Assembly (NCBI GenBank): GCA_023151185.1
Contig: JAKLJL010000001.1
Coordinates: 359,306-423,305, forward strand
Direction of reading: 5' to 3'
DNA: 64,000 bases
Source of the DNA: Bacteroidota bacterium
GTDB taxonomy: Bacteria > Bacteroidota > JABWAT01
In this document: piece after piece, positions 32,159-41,929 of the stretch
Numbering within the stretch: the first letter of the stretch is position 1
How the letters are laid out: every line of letters starts with the position of its first letter
Translations under genes and position numbers: made by a program
Notes under the pieces: model-generated
Database searches by the model: none
The model's input: only the letters and a program-made list of their open reading frames with translations
Told to the model about the DNA's origin: nothing

Positions 32159-32605
32159 TTACCGGCAGTACAGACTGACGATGGTTTGCAGCCGGTCGAG
32201 GACTTCGGTGTTGGCCGATTCGCTTAACGTCCGCATGGCGCGGGCAAATTCGGGCGATTCAAATTCCTGGTTCCACCCGACCAGCGTTCCGGTTTCCTTT
32301 TCAGTTAAGGTAACGGTAAGCAGAAACCAGGGCTTGACGGTGTGTTCAATGACAATGAGGGAATCGGGCTGGATTTCACGGAACAGGCTCGAATTGGGAT
32401 AGGTCACCCCGTTCGGGGCATGCATATCAAATTCCCACTTTCCGCCGGGAACAAACTCAAAGGTATGAAAGGTGTTCGAGTACCCGTTCGGTCCCCACCA
32501 GTACGACAGAATTTTGGCATCCCGGAAGGCTTTGAACACTTTATCGGGTGAGGCAGGAATCAGCCGTTCAGAATAAAGGGAAGCCTCAGATTTTGCAGAT
32601 GACAT
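32159..32605 (-). CDS. SRPBCC/AHSA1-like domain protein
   Basis: KVFKAF...WWGPNGY...FVPGGKWEFDMHAPNG; start taken at MSSAK. Confidence 0.85.
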   Translation of the reverse strand: MSSAKSEASLYSERLIPASPDKVFKAFRDAKILSYWWGPNGYSNTFHTFEFVPGGKWEFDMHAPNGVTYPNSSLFREIQPDSLIVIEHTVKPWFLLTVTLTEKETGTLVGWNQEFESPEFARAMRTLSESANTEVLDRLQTIVSLYCR

Positions 32606-33008
32606 CACGATCAGGTCACTTTCAGTTAACGGCCGGTGAACACCGGCAAATATAGGCAATTACGGGCAAAATGGAAATGAAAGGCCCCGTCCTGTCTGCC
32701 GGTTCTGAAAAGTCAGGTGAGGCCGGAAGCACCCGAAAAGGGGCCATTCTGACCAGTGACGGAAACCAGTTGCTGCGGGGGGTGGGTATCCGTCAGATTT
32801 TCTGAAACTCTTTGCGCCCGAAACGGTGTTCAGGTCCTGCAGCCGGCCAGACTTTGGTTAAACTTATCCTTGAATATTTAGGTAATTATCTCGATACTGT
32901 TAAAAAAGTAAAAAAAATTCTCGTTACTTGTTGTATTATGAACTTAACAGGATTAAATTCACCTTCTTTTTGTGACAAAAGTTGCGCAAAACAACGGAAC
33001 AGGAGACT

Positions 33009-33377
33009 ATGAAACTACTCATCGTTGACGACTCAAGCATCATGCGGCGGGCCATTCAGAAGTATCTGGATGAAAACCGGATTGAAGTCGTCGGGACAGC
33101 AGGGAACGGGCTTGAAGCGATAGAAGTCTTTAAAAAAACTGACCCGGATCTGGTAACCATGGATATTACCATGCCCGAAATGGATGGGCTGACCTGCCTG
33201 CAGGAACTGTTGAAAATTAAACCCGGCACCAAAATCATGGTGATAACCGCCCTGACCGATAATGCAACCGGGCTTAGAGCACTGAAACTGGGAGCCAGGA
33301 ATTTTCTTGGAAAACCCTTTACTCCCGAAAAACTGAACGAAGCATTCCTAAAACTGATCGAGGGGCCAAAGAGATGA
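33009..33377 (+). CDS. CheY-like single-domain response regulator
   Basis: IVDDS, TMDITMPEMDG, ITA and KPF motifs; AGGAG RBS before the ATG at 33009. Confidence 0.92.
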   Translation: MKLLIVDDSSIMRRAIQKYLDENRIEVVGTAGNGLEAIEVFKKTDPDLVTMDITMPEMDGLTCLQELLKIKPGTKIMVITALTDNATGLRALKLGARNFLGKPFTPEKLNEAFLKLIEGPKR

Positions 33378-33820
33378 CGGATAAAGAACTGCAGGTATTT
33401 CTGGAAGGTACAGTCAATTATTTCCATGAAGTTTCGGGGACACCGGCTGCGATGGGAGTTCCCTATATTAAAGAGACTCAGGATGAAGTTTCTCTGGATC
33501 TGACCGGCGCCATCGGGATTTCAGGAAATAAAAAGGGCGTGATCTACATCACCTGTCCCTCTCTGATGGTAAAAGAACTGGTGGGTATCATTCTGGGTGA
33601 TGGGAATCCGGATTCCGGTTCACTCTGCGATATGACCGGTGAAATCGCCAACACCATTGCCGGAAATGCCCGGCAGGTCTTCGGTGCCAATTTTATGATT
33701 TCTGTTCCCATTATTATTGAAGGCAAGCCCATTCACCTGAAAGTTGCTGCCCCTACCTTTGTCATCCCGATTACCTGGAGATCTCATAAATCATTCCTTG
33801 TTGTCGGAATCGAATCCTGA
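33374..33820 (+). CDS. cheX: CheX-family phosphatase
   Basis: TGAIGISG...GEIANTIAGN (ExxN motif)...ISVP. Confidence 0.88.
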   Translation: MTDKELQVFLEGTVNYFHEVSGTPAAMGVPYIKETQDEVSLDLTGAIGISGNKKGVIYITCPSLMVKELVGIILGDGNPDSGSLCDMTGEIANTIAGNARQVFGANFMISVPIIIEGKPIHLKVAAPTFVIPITWRSHKSFLVVGIES

Positions 33821-33841
33821 TTTTCCCCCGGAGAAACTGAA

Positions 33842-36800
33842 ATGGAAAAATCGCTGATTGATGTTATGTGGGTCCTTGTTACCGCGGGACTCGTTTTTGT
33901 AATGCAACCCGGATTTGCCTGTCTGGAATCGGGGCTGACCCGGTCGAAGAACAGTATTAATGTGGCGGTGAAGAATGTAACGGATGCCATGATTGCCCTG
34001 ATCCTGTTCTGGTTTGTTGGGTTTGGGGTTATGTTCGGTGTGACCGAGGCGGGTTGGATCGGTACTACTGAGTTTATGATTCCGTTCACTGAAAGCTCCT
34101 GGCATGTTGCCTTTTTCCTGTTCCAGGCCATGTTTGTTGCTACTGCAGCCACCATTGTTTCGGGTGCAGTTGCCGAACGGATGAAATTTGAAGCCTATCT
34201 GATTATGACCGCCCTGATTTCGGCGGTGATTTATCCGCTTTTCGGGCATTGGGCCTGGAACGGATCCATGTCGGATACCTACTCCGGCTGGCTGGGGGCC
34301 ATGGGGTTCAGAGACTTTGCCGGGTCAACCGTCGTTCACAGTATCGGCGGCTGGGCTTCACTTGCTGCACTGGTTCTGATCGGACCCCGTACGGGCCGGT
34401 TTAATGAGCAGGGAGTTCCCCGCCAAATACCCGGCAGTAACATTCCGCTGGCTGCATTGGGTGTTCTGCTGCTGTGGTTCGGATGGTTCGGGTTTAACGG
34501 CGGGTCGACACTCGGCCTGACTGAACGGGTACCCATGATTATCGTGAATACATTTCTGGCAGGTGCTGCCGGCGGGCTATCCGGTATTGCAATGGGTTAC
34601 ATTGCCAACCGGAAAGTGATTTCGGTGGATCTGATTTTTAACGGATCGCTGGCCGGGCTTGTTTCGGTAACCGCAAGTGCAAACGTCATTTCTCCGCTTT
34701 CAGCACTGCTTATCGGTATCATTGCCGGGCCTGTTTTCTATTCTGTCCACCGGCTTCTGCTGAAATTTAAAATTGATGATGCCGTAGATGCCGTCCCCGT
34801 TCACCTGGGTGGTGGAATCTGGGGAACACTGGCCGTTGCCATTTTTGCCGATCCGGCTGTGCTCGGGACCGGACTGGGTTTTGCAGACCAGCTTGGGGTT
34901 CAGGTGCTGGGTATTGCTGTGGCTGGTGTCTGGACTTTTGCACTTGTTTTCATCATTCTCTGGATTGTTAATAAACTGATCAAACTCAGAGTTTCAGAGG
35001 AAGATGAACACATTGGACTGAATGTTTCTGAACACGGAGCAACCACCGAAATTCTCGATTTATTCATCGCTATGGATCAGCAGGCGAAAACCGGAGATAT
35101 GAGTTTACGGGTCCCGGTCGAGCCGTTTACTGAAGTTGGTCAGATTGCCAACCGGTATAACCGGGTGATGGAGGCTCTGGAACGGGCCATCCGGAAAACG
35201 GAAGCCATTGTTACAACCGCACTTGATGGTATTATCACCTTCACGCCGGACCAGTATCAAATCCTGACGGTAAATCCCGGCGGACAGGCCATGTTTAAAC
35301 TTGCCGAAAAAGATCTGACAGGAACTTCTCTTATCCGGTTGTTTGATCACGAAAATGCCGGATATAAGGAATTCAATGAATTCCGTGCCGCCGAACTGTT
35401 CAGACAGGTCGAGCAAACCGGCACTCCGGTTGAACTTGTCGGCAAACGGGCTGACGGAACTGTGTTCCCGATGGAAGTGATTGTAACGAAGGCCGATCTG
35501 GGATTTGAGTCGTTTTACACCGGTATGTTCCGGGATATAACCGAACGGAAAGAGGCCGAAGCAGCCATTCTTGCCGCCAAAAAAGAAACCGACGATATTC
35601 TCTACAATATCAATGAAGGAATTTTTCTTCTGAATGAGAAGTTTGAAATCGGTTCGCAGCATTCACTTGCACTCAGAAAAATTTTCCGCCGTCAGGAAAT
35701 GTCGCAACTGAACCTGCTGAGGCTGTTTTCCAAACTGGTTCCTTCCAAAACCTACCAGTCCATTCAGGATTACCTTGAACTGATGTTCCAGCTTGATATT
35801 GATGAAGATATCGTGAATAATCTGAATCCGCTGAAGCAGATCGAGGTGAATTTTGAAGAAGAAAACGGACAGTTCAGCACCCAGTATCTCCAGTTCAAAT
35901 TCAGCCGGATTTACCATGGGGCCAGAGTCAGCCACCTGATGACAACCGTTTCGGACGTTTCTGAACAGGTTCTGCTGGCCCGTGAACTGAAGGCCAGTGA
36001 AGAACGGACCAAAAACCAGATGTCCCTGCTGTTCAATATTCTTCATATCGATCCGCTGCAGCTAAAACCGTTTGTGGAAGAGTCGGATGAGGCCGTCCAT
36101 AAAATCAAATCAACCCTGAAGGCAGCCGCAGACAAGGCCATTGCCGATGATTATTATCTTCTGCTGACCGATATTTACCGGATTGTCCATAATATCAAGG
36201 GAAATGCCAGTATTCTGGACCTGAAGTTCTTTGCAGAATCTGCACATGAACTGGAAGATATGATCCGTGATGTTCAGTCAAAGCCATCCATCAAGGGAGA
36301 GGATTTTATCACCCTGCTCTTTAAAATTTCGGATCTTGAAGCAAATATAGAGGATATTAAATCACTCGTTTCCCGGCTGATGACCTTCCAGAACGCTGCA
36401 CGGAGCCAGCAAGCCGAAAGTGAAGCACCGGCTGCATCACCCAAAACACCCGACCGCCCGGCAGATCTGGTGATCAGCCAGCTTACAGATGCCATCCGGA
36501 AGCTAAGCAGCGGTCTGAATAAACAGGTCGACTTCAATACTGCCCGGTTTGATGCCTCGGCAGTACATGAAAGTCAGGTGTCCCTGGTCCGGGATGTTCT
36601 CATCCAACTGATGCGGAACTCACTGGTACACGGAATTGAATCACCCGAAGACCGGTCCAGATCTGGGAAACCGGCAACCGGTTATATTGAGGTTACAACT
36701 TCGGTTACCGAGGAACCGGGTTTTCTTTCCATTAAACTCAGAGATGACGGCCGTGGGCTTCAGATTGAAAAAATCAGGCAAAAAGCCATCTCGATGGGAA

Positions 36801-37024
36801 AATGGAATGAAGAACAACTTAAAGCCATGCCGGCAGGTCAGGTTGTAAAACTGATTTTTGAACCTGGGTTTTCTACCGCAGATGAAGTTACGATGGATGC
36901 AGGAAGAGGCGTTGGGATGGATCTCATCCGGAAGAATGTGACCCAGGCCGGAGGTAAAATATCTCTGGCTTCCGGCGCCGGGAAATTCTGCGAATTCACA
37001 GTAAAACTTCCATTGAAATCCTGA
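33842..37024 (+). CDS. Ammonium transporter-HAMP-PAS-HPt-HATPase fusion (Amt-sensor CheA-like kinase without CheW domain)
   Basis: Amt motifs MQPGFACLESG, SGAVAER, DFAGSTVVH, WFGWFGFNGGS and DDAVDAVPVH. PAS ends in RDITERK. HPt is RIVHNIKGNAS. CheA-type catalytic motifs RNSLVHGIE, DDGRGL, IFEPGFST and GRGVGMD. Confidence 0.9.
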   Translation: MEKSLIDVMWVLVTAGLVFVMQPGFACLESGLTRSKNSINVAVKNVTDAMIALILFWFVGFGVMFGVTEAGWIGTTEFMIPFTESSWHVAFFLFQAMFVATAATIVSGAVAERMKFEAYLIMTALISAVIYPLFGHWAWNGSMSDTYSGWLGAMGFRDFAGSTVVHSIGGWASLAALVLIGPRTGRFNEQGVPRQIPGSNIPLAALGVLLLWFGWFGFNGGSTLGLTERVPMIIVNTFLAGAAGGLSGIAMGYIANRKVISVDLIFNGSLAGLVSVTASANVISPLSALLIGIIAGPVFYSVHRLLLKFKIDDAVDAVPVHLGGGIWGTLAVAIFADPAVLGTGLGFADQLGVQVLGIAVAGVWTFALVFIILWIVNKLIKLRVSEEDEHIGLNVSEHGATTEILDLFIAMDQQAKTGDMSLRVPVEPFTEVGQIANRYNRVMEALERAIRKTEAIVTTALDGIITFTPDQYQILTVNPGGQAMFKLAEKDLTGTSLIRLFDHENAGYKEFNEFRAAELFRQVEQTGTPVELVGKRADGTVFPMEVIVTKADLGFESFYTGMFRDITERKEAEAAILAAKKETDDILYNINEGIFLLNEKFEIGSQHSLALRKIFRRQEMSQLNLLRLFSKLVPSKTYQSIQDYLELMFQLDIDEDIVNNLNPLKQIEVNFEEENGQFSTQYLQFKFSRIYHGARVSHLMTTVSDVSEQVLLARELKASEERTKNQMSLLFNILHIDPLQLKPFVEESDEAVHKIKSTLKAAADKAIADDYYLLLTDIYRIVHNIKGNASILDLKFFAESAHELEDMIRDVQSKPSIKGEDFITLLFKISDLEANIEDIKSLVSRLMTFQNAARSQQAESEAPAASPKTPDRPADLVISQLTDAIRKLSSGLNKQVDFNTARFDASAVHESQVSLVRDVLIQLMRNSLVHGIESPEDRSRSGKPATGYIEVTTSVTEEPGFLSIKLRDDGRGLQIEKIRQKAISMGKWNEEQLKAMPAGQVVKLIFEPGFSTADEVTMDAGRGVGMDLIRKNVTQAGGKISLASGAGKFCEFTVKLPLKS

Positions 37025-37031
37025 AGGAAAA

Positions 37032-38096
37032 ATGACACGGATAAAAATTCTTGCCTTTGACGGAAACAAATACAACCTTTTGGCACTTCAGGGCATTTTT
37101 GCCAGAGAGGAGTTTGAGTTCCGTTCAACCAGTTCAAGTTTTGAAATCCCCAAAATTCTGGAAACCTGGGTGCCTGATTATTTGATCATGGATGATGGCC
37201 TTCACGATGGGAAAGTCCTGGATCTGATTGAAGAAGTCAGTTCCCTTCAGGCAATGAAATCTGCTTCCATTATCCTCCAGGTTGATAAACTGAACGATAA
37301 ACTGTTCTATGATTATCTGCGGGCAGGGGTAACGGAATTCATCAGAAAACCGGTTGTTGGCACTTACCTTGTCCACAAGATCAACCTGCATTATTCCGGG
37401 CAGCACAGCCAGTCGAAGGCCAGAGACCTTACAGGCAAAGTGGAACGGATGTCTGAGTTTGTGAAGAAGTACTTTTCTGATGAACTGGTCGATCAGCTAA
37501 CCAGCCAGTCGGGAACAGTTGAACTGAAAGGAAGCCAGCAGGTCGCCACGATTATGAATCTGCATATTATCGGGCTGGACGTGGTTGCAGAAAATCAGGA
37601 CCCGAGAACCCTGGCTGACTTCCTGAATGAGGTTTTTACCGACCTGATGGATCTGATCTACGGAAACGGCGGTTCGGTGAACAAACTTCTTGCTGATGGA
37701 CTGATTGCCACATTCGGAGTCCCGGTTGCCGCTGAAAAGGATGCCTTTAAAGCTGCCAAATGTGCCCTTGAAATTGTTGATTACCTTCAGACCATCAATG
37801 ATGTCCGGCCAAAATTCATCAAACAGCCGTTATCTCTTGCCATCGGGCTTTCGACCGGAAAAGTTTTTGCCGGACTGATCGGCTCGGTAAGGAGGCTTGA
37901 GTTTTCTGTGCTGGGAGAGGCGGTTACTCTGGCTGATCAGATGAAAAGTTACGGTGAACTGAGAGGAATCCCGGTTCTGATTGATGATAAAACCATGAAT
38001 GCGATCGGCGTTCCGCAAAAAACACTCGAAGTTTCCATGCCGGCCGGTGCCCGTCCGTTTAACGTGGGTGTCTTTCAGCTCACACAGTTGCTGTAA
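37032..38096 (+). CDS. Receiver domain plus degenerate class III adenylate/guanylate cyclase domain
   Basis: Receiver (LIMD, FIRKP). Cyclase fold GGSVNKLLADGLIATFGVP, IGLSTGKVFAGLIGS, FSVLGEAV, with catalytic residues substituted. Confidence 0.82.
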   Translation: MTRIKILAFDGNKYNLLALQGIFAREEFEFRSTSSSFEIPKILETWVPDYLIMDDGLHDGKVLDLIEEVSSLQAMKSASIILQVDKLNDKLFYDYLRAGVTEFIRKPVVGTYLVHKINLHYSGQHSQSKARDLTGKVERMSEFVKKYFSDELVDQLTSQSGTVELKGSQQVATIMNLHIIGLDVVAENQDPRTLADFLNEVFTDLMDLIYGNGGSVNKLLADGLIATFGVPVAAEKDAFKAAKCALEIVDYLQTINDVRPKFIKQPLSLAIGLSTGKVFAGLIGSVRRLEFSVLGEAVTLADQMKSYGELRGIPVLIDDKTMNAIGVPQKTLEVSMPAGARPFNVGVFQLTQLL

Positions 38097-38114
38097 CCCG
38101 GATGGGGTACAATT

Positions 38115-38142
38115 AAAAAGCCGGATTTTCCGGCTTTTTTTT
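38115..38142. terminator. Bidirectional terminator
   Basis: AAAAAGCCGGA-TT-TTCCGGCTTTTTTTT between convergent genes. Confidence 0.85.
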
Positions 38143-38163
38143 CTCTAAGCAGGGAATGGGTGG

Positions 38164-38448
38164 TCAGGATCCGGCCAGCGGCGATCCGAAAAGTCCGACA
38201 GCAAGTTCTGCCCAGATTATCAAAAGCAGAAGAAGCACGGAAACGGTAAGCAGAATACGGTAGGCCGGCCGTGTCACTTTGGTCAGAACAATGGAAATGG
38301 CCTGTCCGGTGCCTATCAATAAAACTGCAGCGACTGCAAAATCAAGCCAGGACCAGTTTACTTCTGCAGTGAACTGCATGGCGGTGTAGGGAATCAGAAG
38401 TATCAGTGCTGATCCGCCCAGAATAAGTCCCCAATGCCGGGTGTTCAT
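38164..38448 (-). CDS. Small membrane protein
   Basis: Three hydrophobic segments; AMQFTAEVNWS..DF and WAELAVG motifs. Confidence 0.75.
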   Translation of the reverse strand: MNTRHWGLILGGSALILLIPYTAMQFTAEVNWSWLDFAVAAVLLIGTGQAISIVLTKVTRPAYRILLTVSVLLLLLIIWAELAVGLFGSPLAGS

Positions 38449-38467
38449 AATCCCTCCCTGAATTTGT

Positions 38468-41400
38468 TTACTTCACTAAGATCAATTTCCGCGTCTGTGA
38501 AAGCGTTCCGGCTTCGAACCGGCAGAAATAAACGCCGGACGGGAATTCGGCGGCATCCCACTGTATCAGATGAATTCCCGCAGGAAGAGTTCCGCTGACG
38601 AGTGTTTTCACTTCCTCTCCCAGCACATTATAGAGAGTCAGGCGAATAAAGGCTGCGGTGGGAAGCGAGACGGGGATCCGGGTTACCGGATTGAACGGAT
38701 TGGGATAATTCTGCTCCATCGTGAAGCCGGCAGGTGGTGCTGACCCGTCCTGGATACCGACGGAAGTGCTTTTTTTAACGGTAATTGAGTTGATAGTAAA
38801 CTCGGGGGATTCAATCGCCAGCCTGAGAATCTGCTTTCCTTTTGACAGGGGCACTTTTGCTGATGTAACGTCTTTCCAGAACTGCCAGCCACCGGTTGCC
38901 GGAACCAGTTTTTTTCCTGTGACATTCTGGCCGTTGAATTCAAGGTGATACGCCCCGATTCCGGGAACTGAAGCCGTCCGGACAGTAAGATCATAATCGC
39001 CGGCATCGGCAACTTCTACAGTATATTCCAGCCACTCGCCTGCTGCAGTCCAGCCAACGTCATATCCGCCGCCGGTATCACTGCAGTTTTCAATATCCAC
39101 CCCTTCAGAAGAACGGAAGGGCACACCCTGGTTTTTCGGATCGGCATCATGGTAGGCTGTCCCTTCGCCGCCGAGATCATAATTTTCTGCCTGAATGGTT
39201 CCCGGCAGCAGAACGGGCGTTCCTTTGTAAGGTGTGCCGTTTCCGATAACGGTGATCCGGAGTTCACCTTTACCTGATTTATTCAGGCTGTTGGTGACGG
39301 TCAGTTCAGCGGTGTAAATTCCCGGGGCCGGATAGTCATGGACGGTATCAGCCTGGGAAGATGAGGTTCCGTCGCCAAACTCCCAGTGGTAACTGAGAGG
39401 CAAACCGGACCGGTCAAAACTGGAACTGCCGGAAAAGGAAATCTTCAGCGGGGCCTTGCCGCTTGATACCGACGCCAGCGGAACCGAGACCGGTGCATCT
39501 TTTCCGGCCGGATCGGTATTGTACGAAACCTGCTTCCGGGCAGGAACCATCAGTGAAAATCCGTCCGAAAAATGAACCCGGACCGAATCGGAGCCCGGGT
39601 TCCAGGCCACGTAAGTTTTGATTCCTTTTTCAGTTTCAAAAACGGCAAAGGTTGGGATGTCTGCGAAAATGGTTGTGCTGACTTTTCCGGTTTTAATCAG
39701 ATTTCCGAGCCAGTGGTAAGTGTGAGCCCGGGATTCACCATCAAACGGTTCATAGCCGGGATCAGCATAATACTGGTTCAGAGCTGTTTGCGGATCGGCG
39801 AAGGCGAGATATTGCCAGAATATATCTTTCCATTTCCTGGGAAGGCTTCCTATTTCCTTCGTCATTTCATTGTAATTCTTCATCACATACTCCGGATGGC
39901 GTCCCAGATAAAGAGAACCTCCGGTAAGCGGAAGCAGATTAATTCCATGAATGAATTCCGGGTCAGCACCAAACCAGGTTGAATGCACGCCCTTTCCGCC
40001 CCAGACCATACCCAGAGCTTCATATCCGTAGGCAGCAGGGAACACTGCGTTATCCACATCAAACCAATAGTGTTCAATGGCCGTTCGTTCAGTTGTATAC
40101 AGAAAGATACCCAGATCCCGGATTTCTTTGTTTCCGGTTGCAGATCCCCATAAAATCAGCGAGGTAGCAAAATTCATGGATTCAGAGCTGGATTCTTCAT
40201 TGTTTCCGTCGCCGAAATCACCATGCCCGGCTTCCCAGGAATGTCCGGCATACGGGTCGAAGGCTCTCAGGAAAGGAAAGCGGCCGTCACTGCGGTCCCA
40301 GTTGGCGCAATCCCGGATCAGCAGATCCACCATTCCTCCCCAGTTTCCAGGAGCAGCCCAGGCCGAATCATATTGGGCAACAGTTGAGGCTGCCATAATC
40401 AGATAGCCATAGTGGAAATTGTGGTCGTTCAGTTGATTGTCAGCGCCGTATCCTGAAGGGTAGGCGATCAGGGTATTCCATTTTGAAACGTAGGAAAGTT
40501 CTTCTGCACCGCCGGCAGTCAGCCAGGCTTCGAGCCGTTTCTTTAATTGGGAAAGAAAATAATCACGGGCACCACTGTTTCCCGCCTGGTCGGCAACCGG
40601 CACCAGATTGGCAAACCGGGCCATCAGCTTTCCGTTTTCATAAACCGGGCCGGCCGGAAGGGTTTCTTTTTTCACCTGGTCAAGGTACGAGTTGAGCTGA
40701 GCCGGATTGTAAATCCCTTCATTTGGAAGAGCTGGCAGCACTCCGTTAAATTCAACGGTTGTGGAAAACTCATTGCCGTCGAACACCTTCATCGTGCCAT
40801 GCACCGAGGTATAGGTAAAGGCCGTCAGCGGGTGGGAAGTATTTAGCCACTGGTGGCGGTAAAGCGCTGTTAGTGTAGCCGGGAGGTTTCCGTTTCCGGT
40901 TTCCATAAGGGTTGTGGTCAGGCTGAAGGTTGAATTCAGTTTTGCAGATGCTTCATCATATTGCCAGGACACCTGGCTACCGGTTACAAAGGCATAAGCT
41001 CTTTTCCGGTAAAACTCCAGAGTAGCCGGCGTGTTATCCGGCAGAATTGCAACAGAGAAAAAATTCTTGCCATTCAGGCTGGATTTCAACACGGAGGTTC
41101 CGGTCCAGGCCGAGCCTGCAGGTCCGAAAATACCATAATGCCGCCCGCCGGCAGTCAGCCCGACCACGCCGTTCTGGTTCGACCAGATGACCGGCGTTTC
41201 TTTGACGGTAATTGAGGCGTTTCCGCCGGCAATGGTGAAAAAGACAAAGGGGATTCCATGACCGAAGGTGGCTTTCATTGCCCGGGTTCCTTCCGACCAG
41301 GAGGCCGTAACCGTCCAGTCCCCATAACTGTCCACAAGCGTCTGGGTAGCTTTCAGTCCGTCAACACCGGCGAGAAGCTGCTGCTGATACGGGAACAGAT

Positions 41401-41752
41401 AATCGGCTGCAGCATACACAGGATCTTTGGTGTAGCCGATTCCCAATCCGGCAGATTCGGCCTTGACTACCAGCGGATGAACATAGAGAGTATTAGAAAA
41501 CTGGCTTCCGTAAAACGGAAAGATGAGACTGCTCCAAAAATCATTGGTCTGAACAGGCTGCGAAAAGTCTGGAGATACCTTGGGGGATACCGATGCCCCC
41601 TGAAAGGTTGACGGGCCGACTGCTTTTGGCGGAAGTACAGTCGAATAACTTCCGCTGCCAACCTGGATTTGGGCCTGGATGGTCTTTACAGGGAATGAAA
41701 TCAGACAGGAAAAAAGAATGGCAGAAACGAAGGGATGGGAAGAACTTTTCAT
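38468..41752 (-). CDS. GH81 endo-1,3-beta-glucanase with PKD, CBM6 and T9SS-type C-terminal domain
   Basis: QTNDFWSS, LNDHNFHYGY, GNNEESSSE; PKD WEFGDG; CBM6; QNYPNPFNP tail; start taken at MKSSSH. Confidence 0.9.
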   Translation of the reverse strand: MKSSSHPFVSAILFSCLISFPVKTIQAQIQVGSGSYSTVLPPKAVGPSTFQGASVSPKVSPDFSQPVQTNDFWSSLIFPFYGSQFSNTLYVHPLVVKAESAGLGIGYTKDPVYAAADYLFPYQQQLLAGVDGLKATQTLVDSYGDWTVTASWSEGTRAMKATFGHGIPFVFFTIAGGNASITVKETPVIWSNQNGVVGLTAGGRHYGIFGPAGSAWTGTSVLKSSLNGKNFFSVAILPDNTPATLEFYRKRAYAFVTGSQVSWQYDEASAKLNSTFSLTTTLMETGNGNLPATLTALYRHQWLNTSHPLTAFTYTSVHGTMKVFDGNEFSTTVEFNGVLPALPNEGIYNPAQLNSYLDQVKKETLPAGPVYENGKLMARFANLVPVADQAGNSGARDYFLSQLKKRLEAWLTAGGAEELSYVSKWNTLIAYPSGYGADNQLNDHNFHYGYLIMAASTVAQYDSAWAAPGNWGGMVDLLIRDCANWDRSDGRFPFLRAFDPYAGHSWEAGHGDFGDGNNEESSSESMNFATSLILWGSATGNKEIRDLGIFLYTTERTAIEHYWFDVDNAVFPAAYGYEALGMVWGGKGVHSTWFGADPEFIHGINLLPLTGGSLYLGRHPEYVMKNYNEMTKEIGSLPRKWKDIFWQYLAFADPQTALNQYYADPGYEPFDGESRAHTYHWLGNLIKTGKVSTTIFADIPTFAVFETEKGIKTYVAWNPGSDSVRVHFSDGFSLMVPARKQVSYNTDPAGKDAPVSVPLASVSSGKAPLKISFSGSSSFDRSGLPLSYHWEFGDGTSSSQADTVHDYPAPGIYTAELTVTNSLNKSGKGELRITVIGNGTPYKGTPVLLPGTIQAENYDLGGEGTAYHDADPKNQGVPFRSSEGVDIENCSDTGGGYDVGWTAAGEWLEYTVEVADAGDYDLTVRTASVPGIGAYHLEFNGQNVTGKKLVPATGGWQFWKDVTSAKVPLSKGKQILRLAIESPEFTINSITVKKSTSVGIQDGSAPPAGFTMEQNYPNPFNPVTRIPVSLPTAAFIRLTLYNVLGEEVKTLVSGTLPAGIHLIQWDAAEFPSGVYFCRFEAGTLSQTRKLILVK

Positions 41753-41887
41753 GGGGGATGGCTCCGGATTTACAGGTAGAAAAGGACACAGGAAAAAGGT
41801 AAAGAGAAAGGTAGAGGATAGGCGGGGAATACCCAAATAAAATTCCGGTGAAAGTGCGGGTTGATGGCAGGTTGGGGCTGAAACGGG

Positions 41888-41919
41888 AAACCCCGGCCGG
41901 AAAGACTTTCAGACCGGGG
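41888..41919 (-). terminator. Terminator after sod
   Basis: Minus strand CCCCGGTCTGAAAG-T-CTTTCCGGCCGGGG followed by TTT. Confidence 0.7.
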
Positions 41920-41929
41920 AATCTGCTGC

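Noticed and set aside
32090-32160. GGATCCGG-like short repeats
   Set aside because: Low-complexity sequence consistent with the genome-wide CCGG bias; no defined unit.
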